This document shows, one piece after another, positions 14,347 to 27,660 of a stretch of 64,000 nt of DNA; positions within the stretch are counted from its first letter, which is position 1; each line of letters starts with the position of its first letter. Below the pieces are notes generated by a model that was given only the letters and a program-made list of their open reading frames with translations, was not told where the DNA came from and searched no databases. Position numbers and translations under genes: made by a program. The stretch is from Phoronis australis. Its lineage: Eukaryota > Animalia > Phoronida. Where the stretch lies: NCBI GenBank assembly GCA_002633005.1, contig NMRA01000159.1:639520-703519 (forward strand). Reading direction: 5' to 3'.

Positions 14347-15740
14347 AGGAGAATGCCACCCGATTTAATTAGTCTTTTTTGCCGTCTTAATCGGTCTATA
14401 TCCACATCGCCTCGCATACGGTCGACCTTACCTTGCCGAGAGGTGTCGCATTAACCCGTGAGGAAGGTGAGAAGGCGACGCAGCGACATCAGTGGTTCAT
14501 TTGCAGAGTGAATTCCGCTATGTTGCGGTGCCATCGTTCCCGTTTTTCCGAACTATGCAACTGGGGGGAAAGCGGGTATATCATTTTTTCGACTTCCCCG
14601 AGAGTTCGAAATGCTAAGGAAGTGGCTGGCGGTAGTGAAGAATGAAAAGTACGCTGCAATGTAAGTAGCAAATATGAGGCCGTGAAACGTCTGTCTCATT
14701 AGATGCAATTTGGAATGCCTTTGGAGTGCTCGTGAGTGCAAATGATTTGAGAATTAAGCCAGCAATAAGTAAATCACTGTGTTACCGGCTTGGTGCAGCA
14801 ACATTAATTGACGGGATATCGAGGCCGTGTGAGCGCATGCTAATTTAGTGTTTGCTGACAGAAACTGTTGTGAAACAACTCGATTTCTATCCCACGGTCA
14901 CGTGTTAGGGGAATCTTTATTTACATTTACATTATTCAAATAATGATTGTCAATGTACAACTTCTGCCCTGAGGGTTCTGTGGCTAAAGCGGAACCTGAA
15001 TTAGCAGCCCCCGACGAGTAAGTAGGTTTGCAGTTTCGTAGCTAATTCACCAACATAATCACGTGCACGTTACTTCTTTGGCTCACTAGTATAGTATTTT
15101 CTTGACTGGAAGTTTAATTTCCAACTTTGTCTGGTTCATGTTCGTTATGTCTATCTTCAGTCTGGCCGCGACGGGCCTAATCGGTTTCCGAGCCACTGGC
15201 CGGGATAACTAGTCAGTCCGGCCGGTCGCGACGGGCCTGATCAGGCTCCGAGCCACTCATTGGCCATGATAAGAAACGTTTTGTGTGTTTAGAATTAAAA
15301 AAATCCCAAGTCTAAACAACACAGAGCTAGGTTCTCCTGTCTGTATCTCACGGAAAAATACTTTGAATTTATCTCCGAACAGACCGCGAACTTATAATTT
15401 ACATGTATTACTGGCCTGCCGAACTTTGTAGGCTACGGTGTGTCCAAATACCAATACATCCGTAACAGCGAAACAAAACAACACGTTTTTATAAGACCTC
15501 GGTGTATTTTTAAGGATTTTACATCGAAGTTTGATGATTTCAAGCGATAAGCTGACACCAGTAAACCGTGTTGTGAACTGCTGACCAGACTGCGTGTGAA
15601 ACCAATTACGTCATTGGATAATTTCAACACCTCCGTCTGCCGTTAGGTGTCAGGTAACGCAACCGTATGTGCCGTTATCGATTAGAACTACTCGATTTAA
15701 ATTGATACAAATTAGGTTGCTTTTTGGGTGGCATTCTCCT
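14347..15740. mobile_element. Kolobok-like non-autonomous element, copy 1
   Basis: Perfect 15-bp TIR AGGAGAATGCCACCC with TTAA on both sides (14343-14346, 15741-15744). Homologous along its length to 33336-35150 in inverted orientation. Confidence 0.85.
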
Positions 15741-16589
15741 TTAAAATACTGAATGAAAAGCCAATGATTAATCAGGACCAGCATCTGATAATTCTATTAG
15801 GTCCAGGTGTTCCTAAATCATATTCTTAAATTTCGTGTAATTTAATGATTGTTTTATCGTCATAATTCGATGCTGTCAACTAATTCAAACCATGCTGATA
15901 CCGGTTGCTTGCTTGACTCTTTCTTACAAGAAGATGCTAAAGTCCTAATACTAATATTTTCAAAGCGTCTGCTTTCTTACTAACATACAGTGTAGGGATG
16001 CATTAGAACCAACAGCGTCAGGGCCCAGACAATAAGCCTGCACAAGCTTAGGGCGTTAACAAAACAAATGTGAAATGCATTTTTATTACAAGAATGATTA
16101 GTCTACATTTAATATGTAGGATAGTCACGCTTGCTTACTTAGTTTAGTTCTGAATCTGGACCGGTATTCAATTTGACGCAAAAACAGTGTTCCTAATGAC
16201 AACAGGTGTCAGGTACAAAATAACTATCAGTCTCATTCTCATAGTGACCATCTTTTAAGAGAAGTGAACATTTTGGGGGGTTGTTTTATTTCTTCAAATG
16301 TGTAAAAACCAGCACAGCCCTAACTGTGGCGTGTGCTTACGTGCAAAAACCCTATCGGTGCACTGTGTAATATGTTGTACTTTTCCTGAGAAACACTCTG
16401 TAGAGTACAACCTTCGCACATCGAATGGGAAGCAGAATTCCATGTTCACGCGCACCAAGCTGTAATAGTATTGTAGTTTGTACTGGAACTACACTTGCCT
16501 TATATGGCACAATTAATTAGAATGGTTTCAGTGGCGGATCTAGGATACCGTAAGGGGAGGGGCCAACATGCAGTTTGCCTCGGGGAATA

Positions 16590-19407
16590 GCGGAGTTGCA
16601 ACCGAATCGATTTAACGATTGCTCATGTCCGGAAATTAGGGTGCGCAAAGGCTATTGGGATTGATTAATGTATGTGGAATGGCCGATTGGTTTGCACGAC
16701 ATGTGATTTGTGTGCATTTAATTACGCTGCTGTATGTAATTCTGCCGCTATTCGCCCTAATAAGCGCCTATGCCCCAATAAGTACCCCAACGCGTTTTCA
16801 GACTTCGAAGTAAGAGCCCACCGAAAAATGCCTTATCTACAGTTCTAACGACTCCAATTCATCAATTGAAAGATCCGACAGTCCTGAATTTGTAGACCAG
16901 GAGCCTCACCGTTATGTCCGTATATACATGTACACTTCAAACTTTCGCCGCGATTCAAAAAGAAGGCAAAAGTTTTGCTGCTCTTGCGAGGGATGTGCCC
17001 CATCATGCGGTCAGAGGCCCTAAAGTCGTGAGTGCCCTAAACTTCTAAAGTCGTGAACGATCTCATTTTCTCTTCTGCGCGGTCCTGCGACATCTGGCGT
17101 TGAAGTTTCCAGCGTTCGTCTGCTTACGAACGTCAAACGAATACCCGGACGTGTTCGTATTCACAATATGATAACAAACAGTGAGTGAGTGGCTTCTTTT
17201 TTCAAACGTATCTTCAAAACAGCATATTTCACTAATCCACTTTTTGAGCATTTTTGGGATATTTTTTCGAAAATATTCATTGTTCAGATTTACTCAAACA
17301 CGAGCTCCAGGGGTAGCTTGAACAATGTATCAAAATGTCCCAGGGTCGATAAAGTTTTGTAAGGCCAAAGCAATAAAATACAGAGAGATAATTGATGCTG
17401 GGTCCTTAGCGTTTTACGTGAACAACCTCATTGAAAACGTCTGTGCACATCAAAGTTGAGTGCACAACATATATCAATTGCAACTGAATTAATAAACAAT
17501 GCAATGCATTTTTATGTCATCTAGAGTAACTGTACGCACTGTAGTTGACTTGCGAGGTCTTACTTCGTATATTTCCGTCTAACCGAAACGGTCACGACTT
17601 TAGGGCCTCATTCAAAATGGCCGCCGATATCAGCGACCGTTTCAAAACTCTGCTTACGGAGACAAACAAGGATTAAGATTGTCAAAACACGTATATTTGT
17701 GAAGGCTGATATATGTCCATGACATCACATGAGCAGTTGCTAACGGACATTGGGTAGTATGACAATCGGCACTTATTATGCTAATATTCACGACTTTAGG
17801 TCACCGGTGTATACATATCTTCTCAGGCCTCAACAGGAATCCAAACTTCTTAGTACACGTGAAAACCGTGAATCAGAGACTAATAAAAAAACTCGACCAT
17901 TGTTAGCACGCGGCCAAGAAGCGCGCGCTGCATAATGTACCGCTGTCATTGAAGACATTTAGTCGGGAACTATCTATTCATGAAACGGGTAACATAGCAT
18001 CGACAAGAAATAAATATTGGCACTAATTTCCGAAAGTTTCTAATATCGTAAAAAAATGCATTATTTTTAAGAGAACTTATTTAGCTAATCATAATTGGTG
18101 TTTTTAAAGTCAAAATGACCCACTGATCGTGAACACATTCGCACCCTTACACCCCGAATCTTCCGGATAATAGCTGTTACACTACGGTCACGCATCCATT
18201 CACCCGGCTACTCAATGAGTGACACATCGGTCTTACCGAAACAATTCTCGAACGTTTTTTAGCAGATGAGACCAGCAAGTGCTCAATATTAAAACATGAA
18301 ACACGCTCTGCTTGACTGCTTGAGTTAATTTCTTTTTATCCCATACGCGTTGAATCTGTCGAGGGAAATACGGCCATGTAATGAAGTTTTCCGTATTTAC
18401 CTCCCGCACTGCTTCAACAGTGAGCTCTGACATGGAAAGTTCAAAAGGTAGGTCAATGTCGACTCGACGTCTTCAGCCGGTTCGATACTCAAACTTTCCG
18501 AATATAGTTTAAAGTAATACAGTTGCAGCAGAGTAACTAACACTCGACATGCAACCAGGCCCTAAACGTAAAATCTGGAACAAAACTGTTAATTATAAGA
18601 CACTTATGTCTCAGTTTTGAATGGTTGGATACTATAACGTCTGCAACTCAGGCGCCGATTCCTAGGAAACCAAAATATCAAATACTGTTGTTTTAACTAG
18701 TTCCAGGAGATGTTACAAGTTTACTGCACATTTAACATTGTTTCATATTTGTTACCTCTTTTCAAGAAATAAATCGTTACTTTTAAAACTGCTGCTTTTA
18801 CAACAGAAAACTTGCAACATAACGCGCAAGTACATACATATAGGATGTGATCCGCCATGTGAACAGTCTGGGTGAAGTATTTGAAAAATCTGTCGAAAAA
18901 ATGTAAGAAACTTAGAAATTCTGCTCTTTATCTTAGCACGTTAATGCATAGTGTGTGTTTTAAGTGAGTTGACCGGCAGAACAGGTGATTGTGCAGAGGC
19001 ATTATCCTCAAAATTGCTCAGGTTGGCTTGGTTCTGGTCAAGAGACAACAAATTTTTTTCACTGCCATCCGCCGTGGAGTATTTGTTACTGTTTCTTTCA
19101 AGGGAAATATTGTTGGGCAGTTTCCAAGATACGTTTTCTTGCCGACCTCAAAATGAGCGCTTTATATGCTACGAAGTCGGAAAGAATTCACTAAGTCGGT
19201 CTTTGCAACCAGCTCTACCGATGTGTCTGACCCATTTTTAACGCAGTGCTTGATCCTTGGGAAACAGGTAGTAACTAAATTCTTTATCTCGCTAACTGGC
19301 ACACAACACGTATAACCTCCCTGTTGCCGGTTCACCCCCACGCGTGCCGACTTAACCACAATGCAACGTTCTGACCCATTTCCAATATGGCGGCGTTGCA
19401 ACTCCGC
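16590..19407. mobile_element. Unclassified DNA element with 13-bp TIR
   Basis: GCGGAGTTGCAAC ... GTTGCAACTCCGC termini fall where the host MITE is interrupted. Flanks are GAATA/GAATT. Confidence 0.6.
17013..17811. mobile_element. Tc1/mariner-like MITE remnant
   Basis: Inverted CTAAAGTCGTGA motifs (17013-17058 vs 17593-17611 and 17787-17799). The right end ...GACTTTAGGTCACCGGTG|TA resembles a TA-flanked Tc1 terminus; no left terminus was found. Confidence 0.45.
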
Positions 19408-20315
19408 GAATTAAGCGCGACTGCATGTGTACGGCCGATCTGCAAGTTGCGGCGGGGTCTCACGTTGTGGACCTACTGTTCAAAATGTCAATCAGAGGAC
19501 TAAAAAAGAAGAAAAACCGGGGACACGATTCCGCCGCGGTCTGGGGTCTGAGAGCCCCTCTTCCGCTACCGGTTCTAGTTACTGCACTCAATATTTCCTC
19601 ACGCTTCACGCTGTTGCCGTTGCATTTTCCTTGCGGCAGCCATGGGTTTAGTACATGTATATAACTCTTCCCAAACGGTTCTATGAAATGTGACTCATAT
19701 GCATGTGGTCTTGTGTATTAGCGGCAAAAACATGTTGTACAGTAGTTAACCAGTCCGCAACAAAGTAGTGTTCAAGTAAAGACGTCTTATTCACTCCTCT
19801 CTCCACAAGACATTACACAGGCGCGAGGCAGAAGAAATTTCGTCCTTCGTTGAAAAATTACAATTGTAACGTAATGGAAAACTTGAATTATCTGCTATCC
19901 CACATAACGTAGAATTGTCGTGAGGGCTTGACAAGGACTTCACTGAGGGGTCTCACACTCCACTGATTTTTTCACATTATTTTGAAAACGCTTTGTCTAG
20001 TCACACATTTTGTGTCATAAAAGAGATAAGCATACCTGCAGCTGATGCAACAAGTAGAATTACTCTCGTTTATCACATTGGTGTAGACTCACAGTTGAGC
20101 TGTGGTTTTCTGCTGACCCCAGACCGTCCTGAGTTGCACCATATACCAACTCTGGACGGTCTCTTACGACGATTTAGCGTTATGATATGGCTGTTCAACA
20201 TCCTCAGTTAGCAAAGACTGCTTGACAGGTAAGTCATATACGACTCCGAATGTCGGCGGCATTTACTTATCATATAATCTGCTAATCTCAGCTTCTGGAA
20301 ACTCATGGTGTCATC

Positions 20316-20698
20316 ACAGACTATAGTACATAGACCGCTAACTCCATATTTTCAGTAAACGACTGTGATCGTGCGCATAGGCCGTGACGTAAGTATTCAC
20401 TAGCAACACCTGGCAGTCGTAGCACGTTTTACTTCCTGCAAGTACGTCTTCTGCTAATCATGGTTGGTTTTTGTGTGGTCGGGTGTCAAAAGTACTCACG
20501 ATACCAAGAGTTCTACTATTCGAAGTTTTTGAATAGCGTTTGAATACCGAATTTTTTTTGTTTTCGTTGTACTGGACAGTAAAATTGATACAAGAATATT
20601 TCCCGTCTCAATACACTAACCGGAAGCCGAGTTTTTTGCTATGTTTAGATGGTAGCGCGCCTATAGGACGCAAGAACCCGTTGTCTATAATCTACGGT
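20316..20698. repeat. Dispersed short repeat (MITE-like); inverted relative at ~38127-38355
   Basis: 20490-20625 aligns to the reverse complement of 38220-38350 (AGTACTCACGATACCAA...TGTACTGGACAGTAAA...AATACACTAACCGGAA). Similar CATAGAC/GTCTATG-type ends occur at 41335-41727 and 49216-49245. Confidence 0.6.
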
Positions 20699-21496
20699 AT
20701 TATCGAGTGTTTTAGACAGGCCTCGGTTTCTTTCACCGACTTATGTAATTTGTTAGAGTAAACAAGCCAACTTACTTGCCTTTCCCCGCAGCAAAAGTAA
20801 GAGGACTGAAGGGTAGGGTCAGTTAAAACCAAAATTTATCGGAAGTTGGTACACTGTCCGGCGGGGTAGTCAAACGGTTGTTTTATATGACAGCCCTGAC
20901 TTATTCAATATGTGTTAAAAGCTTATTTTTCTTCCTGAGACAACACTATGGCTTAGCGTACTTGAACTTTGGGCAGTTGGAGTAACGCAAATGTTTATTG
21001 GTAAAAGTCTAATACTTTACAAGGTCAGCCACCGAAGTCCACTCATGGATCAGTTTTTATACTGTTAGTTACTGTATCCATCGATACAAATTAAGCCCGA
21101 GTCTTTAAATTAATTCAATGATTGCATTCGCAATGAGTTATTGCTGTCGCCAATCTCCACAACATCAGTTGACCAGTAAAGCCGAGATCCCACGGATAAA
21201 AGCCAACTACACGAGTAACATGAAAAGTTCTCAATCCAGACAATACGCACATACTAATGGTATACAGTGTATTTGCGTTGTTTTCGCTCTTTACTTGAGT
21301 GCATTGAGAATAGACAGGGTTCAACGGCCCATTATCACAGCAAGGGTATTGAGAACTTCGGCACTGTTGTATGGAAGTTGTTATGCAAACACTAGTTGCT
21401 GTGAATGATTCGTAGATGCACGGTTTTCAGGCAGTTTATACGGTGACCCGAAAGTATCATCGCTATTTTAGTTTAATTTTTCTTTTATTTTTCCTT

Positions 21497-21650
21497 TTCC
21501 ACCTAGGTGGAAATAATTCAACCTAGGTGGAAACTATTTTCACGCAGATGGAAATTATTTCAACCTAGGTGGAAATTATTTTCACCTGGTTGAAAAATAT
21601 TTTAATATAGGTTGGAATTATTTTCACTTGGGTGGAAATGTTATTCATTC
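21497..21650. repeat. Subterminal array of ~21-22-bp palindromic repeats of the IS3EU element
   Basis: About 7 degenerate units of TTCCACCTAGGTGGAAATAATT with no unique spacers. Two units are mirrored at 29821-29860. Confidence 0.85.
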
Positions 21651-21737
21651 GGGCACCTATTTTAATCTGTCTTGTGATTCTTTGAGGTGCAGGTCGATTT
21701 TGTGCATTTTGGTCAACAAAGTTCAAATTAGATTGTA

Positions 21738-22083
21738 ATGTCGGCGCCTTTTGGAGTTGTCATGGACTTCAACAGAGACAGTGTGTTTACGTATTACTTT
21801 AATCTGGGGTTCAAGTACAGGGAAATAGTTGACTTTTTGTGTTTTTACCACGATTTCTGCCTTAGCCTTGCTCAGTTGAAACATGTTTTTAGGAGACTTG
21901 GGCTAGGACGGAGATGCTGCCACAAAGAATTCGTTCAGAGGGCCATTAGCGTTATTGAACATGAGTTACGTGGCAGCGGCAAGCACCTTGGTTCATCGGG
22001 CAATGCACGACAAGTTACAGAAGGGACACCAAGTCTTCAGTGATCGTGACACTGTGCGAGTCATTCTAAATCACCTCGACCCA
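21738..22083 (+). pseudogene. IS3EU transposase, N-terminal part
   Basis: YYFNLGFKYREIVDFL...LSLAQLKHVFRRLGLGRR...IEHELRGSGKHLG, then a frameshift, then AMHDKLQKGHQVFSDRDTVRVILNHLDP. Continues at 26844. Confidence 0.8.
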
Positions 22084-22119
22084 TTTTCACGAAAGACGTT
22101 GCTCTAGTCGGTTGGCGAC

Positions 22120-25100
22120 TAGTCTTTCACATATGGCACTTCACATTTACAAAATACCGCGAAAAACGGGTGATGAGGCTGGATCTCGCGAGATCATATC
22201 GGTTCGTATCCGCGCCTAATAAACCGCAGAAAAACGTTTTGTCATTGTTGTAATTTGAAAGAGTTTTGTAGCAGTTAGGACTAAGTTCTTAAAAATGGTA
22301 ATTATAATCCTTGTAGATGAGAAAATCCGTATTTTCCAACTCGTTTATGTATCAAAATAAACACTTATCTCCCTTTGCCATGCATACTCGGGGAATTCCG
22401 TGTCAATGGAATCCCCGAGTAGAATTGCGACGAATCCGGACGATATTGGAGTGCCTGTAGTATTAATTGAAGCAATTTTAAAACGAAAAACATCATTGAA
22501 ACGGTGAACATAAAAGGTTCACTGTGCGATTAAAATAAAACTAGCAGAAGAAGCACAGTTGACAGATCAACTATTGACGTTCCCACACTGAACTGAAATT
22601 TGTTTGCTTATTAGCCCTGTTGTTCATCAAACTTCAGTAGATCTTTGCCGTGCACTAATTACAATACCAGAACAGCAAACATTTTTGGCGAGACATTAGT
22701 GATGATGATACTGATGATGAAGAAACTAGTGGTGACGTTTTGTAGTACTGTTCCATTGGCGGATGAGTAACCAGAAGGGGGTCCCCAACATGCTGCTTCG
22801 GGGCCGGAATTGGGCAGAGCGCGGTTGTATGTGTACAGGTGTCACGAAAGTTGCGGGGGCCCGGAGTATGAGCCTTCTGTTCTGGAAATCTATCGTCGAC
22901 TAAAAAACTGAAAAAATAAAAAAATAAAAAACGGGAATGAGAGCCCGCTACATTCTGGGGTCTTAGTCCCCCCCCCCTTCTCCAGTATCGGTCCTAGTTA
23001 TATTTCCTCACGCGTCGCCCTGTTGCTGTTTTATTTTGCTTGCAGCAGCTCCTGCCCCCCTCCCAAATCCGCCTATGTGTTCCAATTAGTGATATAATTA
23101 AAGGAACTTATCAAGTAGTGTATGCTAACCTGAGGCTCTGACATCAACAAGTGATGCTTTGAAACGCTTACAAAACAAGAAATTAGCTTCCAAAACAAGG
23201 AATTAGCTCCCAACGTGGCAATTGTGGTAATCAACGAAGGACACAGTGTGTTCGAATGGTGAGTTTAATGCAGACAAAAAATACGTGCAATAACATCTAG
23301 TCGTATCACAACAGGTTTCACAGCACCAATTTTTATGCCTTTTCTTATACCCAGAATTTCCAAAGCTGAGCCTGGAAGTTTTACGGAAATCTGGGAAAGC
23401 TGCCAAAAATAATCAAAAAACATAAATTTATTCAATGCAGATGCTCTAAATAAAAATTCCTCCCAATCGAGACACAACAACCTGTAATTAATAAGGAACC
23501 CAGCAGCCCTTGAGGTAACCCTGAAGTACAAAAATGGGGACAGAGTCGGAAATCAACATCATTAAAATAAGATTTTCGTGGGTGATTTTACTGTCAAAAT
23601 TGCCCTTTAATTTTTGATTTTTGATAGAGTAACACCATCAGTGATAGTGTTATCAAAGCAACAAATGTGCAGAAAACATCATGTAGGCATGCATTCTAAA
23701 CCTTAACTATGATATAGGAAATCCAAAATCTATAACATTTTAAATGTTTATGTAAAAGGAATCCTGTATTAAACATTGACGTTATATGCTAAAGACTCAA
23801 TTGTAATATTTCATTACCTAGTTAAACCATTTATTTTTCCAAAACATGTAAACAATAACATTTTATCACATGGCACAAGTTCCCTTAGTATGTATCAGTC
23901 TAACCAATAAAAATATTATTCTTTGATCAAAACCCCCTTAAGCATATTAAGCACTGAGATCATTCAGTGGCTAACTCAATATGCAACTGATTTTAACAAC
24001 ACACACACACGTCATTTCTTGTGAAAAAAACACTGATAGCTTACATATCAGAAAGTCCCTCAAGATTTTTAAATGGAAAGCATTAGATGTACGTCATTAC
24101 TCATTAACCACATGGGCATTGCCACTACATGTATGTGCTGCTTCAGAGTCACTAACTGAAATGGACTTTTGATATCTGTTGTCATTTATGATTTCCACCT
24201 TTTATCACTGACATTTTTAAAGCTGGTGTAACTACCACACCATCACTAAAGATCAAAAACTAAACAATAAATTGCCATCACTTTAACAACCTTTTTTCCT
24301 AAAGCAGATCCTCTTATAAACAAGAACAGTCATCCATCAGTTTTACAGTTAACTACACACTGAATTTCAAAAATTAATTATGCAAAAATTCTCTAGTTTG
24401 GGACAGTGAATAATTATTTTGATCAAAGTCGGAGCTTGTCCCAATTTTTAGAAATTCACAAAATTTGTCTGCCAGAAATTCAAGGGGAATGGTAACAATT
24501 TATTAGATGTTTGTCATAAGAGTCACTTTTTATGAACTTACAGGTGTATTCTTGCAATCTTTTATGCTACAACATAGCGTTAGGAGTTTGAAAATACGAA
24601 AATATACAAATCACTCACGCCTCAAAGTTCAGGATGAAAACATTAAATTTCAGCCATGATTTCTGTGTTCTGAATTTAGGAGAATATCTCAATCTGGAGA
24701 ATTTTTTATATAATATATCACCGATCTAACTGCTATCATCAACTATGTCACCTTTGCTAAAAATATATGTTAAAAACGGTTATAAGCTATAAATGTGATC
24801 AATCTGAAAAATGTTCAAACATACACCATAGCCAGCACGATGATGAATACAGCAGCAGACAATAGCCTCTGTACGGCACAGAGTTGAGGCTTTTTGGCAA
24901 ACATCTACATGTACATGTATAACATACATTATGGCTACAGTAAAATTATTCTTAGTTACAGCAATATGAAGTGAATGCCACACTGAATTGGTAGCCCATG
25001 TGGACAATTTTCCATGTCTTTCACAATTTTTCAAAGAAACGGCTTGTCATCCAGGTCCCTCATGGGAAGTCTAAGCACACTTTTTTCTGAAGTCTTTAAA

Positions 25101-26810
25101 AGATCATCCAAAGATGTACTGATTTTAAAGAACAGTTTCCGATCAATTTGCTTAGTTGAGTCTTTAGACACGTTTGACAGGAAAGGGATGGATTGTTGAT
25201 AATCCTCAGATACTGAATACCCATAGTCAACTACCTCAGACTCAAAATTTAACAATTTCTTTGCTCCTGTTGGCTTCTTAGAAACAGGTGGTGAAGGCGA
25301 ATCAATTAGTACATGTTTCTGTCGATCTGACATTCATTGTTGCTGATTTCATGCAGCTGTGTGAGTTTTGTACAAAACTGAATGCATGAGCTTCAGATAA
25401 ACACAGGCCTAGTGTCCATCAAATCATCGTTGAATTGAATGTAAATGAGTTAAAAATAATCCAAGTACCTCTGCTTTAATGCAGCATTTTTTAACTTTGT
25501 GTGCATGAGAGTCAGAGTATAACAGTTTGCCACATAATATGCATGTCTTTGACTTTGCCTTTTTCAGCGGAGTATTACAGTTCACCATCTCAAATTAAAT
25601 ATACGTAAGTAGCAACGTGCCTCCTAGAATTATCTGTGTTCAAGTGAGTTGACTTACGGCTGTAAAATTTTAATCAAGCTGATCAATTTTAGTAATGCAG
25701 ATGGGAAATATGTTTAATTAACCTTTTGCAGAAATTCTATAGTTACATAATTACAAAATCTGACTCTGCTCGGATATAATGGTCCCTGACATGGATAACA
25801 AGTTTCATCCACTGATAGTTACATACGCCGGAAGATTTAAAGCGAATTATGCCTCACACTGGCAGGCGCGGTAAAAATAGGTGGGCGAGCAGTGTAAAAT
25901 TGGCCAGTTGACGATCTGGGCAACTGAACAAAGGACTGATTGAAGAAGAAAGTACATTACAGGAGTATTTTTTGATTTGGAAGAAATTAAAGACAGCAAT
26001 GGGTACCTAAGGTGTCCCTCTATGAGCAAGAGGTACTTAAACAACATGACTTTGATGTTTTAATCAGTGTGAGGCATGTTTCACCGAAAATTTATCAATG
26101 TATGAAACTCCCATAGGAGCTTCACTGTCTCTACTGGGGCCAGCTAGAGACGGTGGTCACTATCTAATTCACTGAATAATATGAATGTTATTCAGTTGTT
26201 ACATTCATCAACTTTTTTCGATCATGTCCTTGTCCTGTTGTTCGTTTCCCATTTTTCCCAAGTATAAAGTGTCCAACAACACGTGTACTCGCCTGGTCAA
26301 GTCTAGACATTTGCTGTGACTGGTGTGTTCCATCTGGCTAACACTAACAGCCTGATTCCGTGAGGTATAACTAGTGAACCTGCACTGAAGTTTTTACAAC
26401 ATATTGATAGCGACATTCTCAAAACCAGGGAACATTATATCCGACTTGTTTCCAAAGTAGTTTGGTGTGATGAGACTGAACTCTGAAGTCGAAGTCCAAG
26501 CGGCCACAGTCACAGTGATGTGTCGAAAATCGCCAATTTATCTTCAGTTCAGACCTCTTTTAACTCACTTGTTAAGCAAGCACCACCGTGCAGGCGTACA
26601 TGGCTGGTCCAGGTTAGATTCCCGGTTCGGACATTGATCTGAGTTGACGTTTGAGTGATTTACAACAGTTGTTCAGTAACATTAATTTACATTGATTCAT
26701 AAACACGATAGGCCTACTGCCTAAAAAACCAGAAATCGCGAGCCACCATAGCAAAATGATAGAAGTGAACTACTTTCGCGCAGGCAAATGTACTCCATAT
26801 GAGTAAGATA
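22120..26810 (-). mobile_element. Academ-like DNA transposon remnant inserted in the IS3EU transposase
   Basis: Imperfect TIR: TAGTCTTTCACATATGG...CACATTT vs AAATGTA...CCATATGAGTAAGATA. Palindrome GATCTCGCGAGATC at 22182. Minus-strand coding remnants include SVLRLPMRDLDDKPF (ORF 25031-25333) and PQLCAVQRLLSAA (~24850-24890). The superfamily is tentative. Confidence 0.45.
22754..23077. mobile_element. hAT-type MITE with 5-bp TSD
   Basis: CATTGGCGGAT...AAATCCGCCTATG flanked by TGTTC/TGTTC. Same family as 5477-5796. Confidence 0.75.
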
Positions 26811-26843
26811 ATACACGCAGTGTTGGCTAACGTAGTAAATTAC

Positions 26844-27660
26844 CTAGACCCAGAAGGTGTTGAAATAAGAAGTCAAAGACGTCTTCAAAGAAGGTAGTCC
26901 TTTGCGCCAAAGGTCCAAATGATCTCTGGCATGTGGACGGATGGGACCAACTGAAACCCTTCGGTTTCTGTATTCAAGTGGATTTGACGTGTTTTCTCGC
27001 AGCATTTTATGGTTAGAGGTAGCCTCAACAAACAATGATCCATCCGTATTTTGCCATTATTTTTCAAATGCAATTGTACAACTCGGTGGCTTGCCCAATG
27101 TGGTGAGGGCAGATCGTGGTACTGAAAACGTGCACATTGAGCGGATGCAGTCCTTCTACGCAGTGCCAACAATAACTCCCGCGGTAGACTTCAGACTTCG
27201 TTTTTATATGGATGCTCCACAACCAACCAGCGAATTGAATCTTGGTGGAGTATGTTCGGTTCCAGATTGATGACAACATGGATTGGTCATTCCAAGGAGC
27301 TGGCTAATGCGGGAGTAATTGAAAGTCACGTCGAATACTCGTACACATAGACTGTTGTGGGTTTTCTTATACATGTATGCATCTGCTGAGAACTTAATTA
27401 GACGAAATCTGGATGCTCTGGAACACGCATCACATTCGATCGTCATTTTTCGCCATCTGGAAGATCTGATGTTAATTATTTTTTACCGGAAATTACTGGA
27501 GGTGTAAATTGCTTGCATGAAGTCAACAACGCTTGGCTGGACGCCATTTCTAACCTGCTTACAGTCAACCCTCGCTGGTACCCTACGTGCTTAGCCACCA
27601 CGCAGGTACAGTGTATAACGCAGTGGGCTGGAATGCGGTTTAGCATTGGTTGACATAACC
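26844..27660 (+). pseudogene. IS3EU transposase, integrase-like DDE core (frameshifted)
   Basis: Across frames: LDPEGVEIRSQRRLQRR; GPNDLWHVDGWDQLKPFGFCI; FSRSILWLEVASTNNDP; GGLPNVVRADRGTEN; YGCSTTNQRIESWW; WNTHHIR. Confidence 0.9.

Larger units (their letters stand above)
16529..19645. mobile_element. hAT-type MITE split by a 2.8-kb insertion
   Basis: Left part CAGTGGCGGATCTAGGATACC...CCTCGGGG at 16529-16585. The body resumes at ~19410 (...CCGCTACCGGTTCTAG...CTCAATATTTCCTCAC...TTGCGGCAGC), colinear with the 5477-5796 copy. Confidence 0.7.

Noticed and set aside
21497-21650. CRISPR-like array of palindromic ~22-bp repeats
   Set aside because: The units are contiguous with no unique spacers and are mirrored at the other TIR. 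The context is eukaryotic with no cas genes, so these are transposon subterminal repeats.
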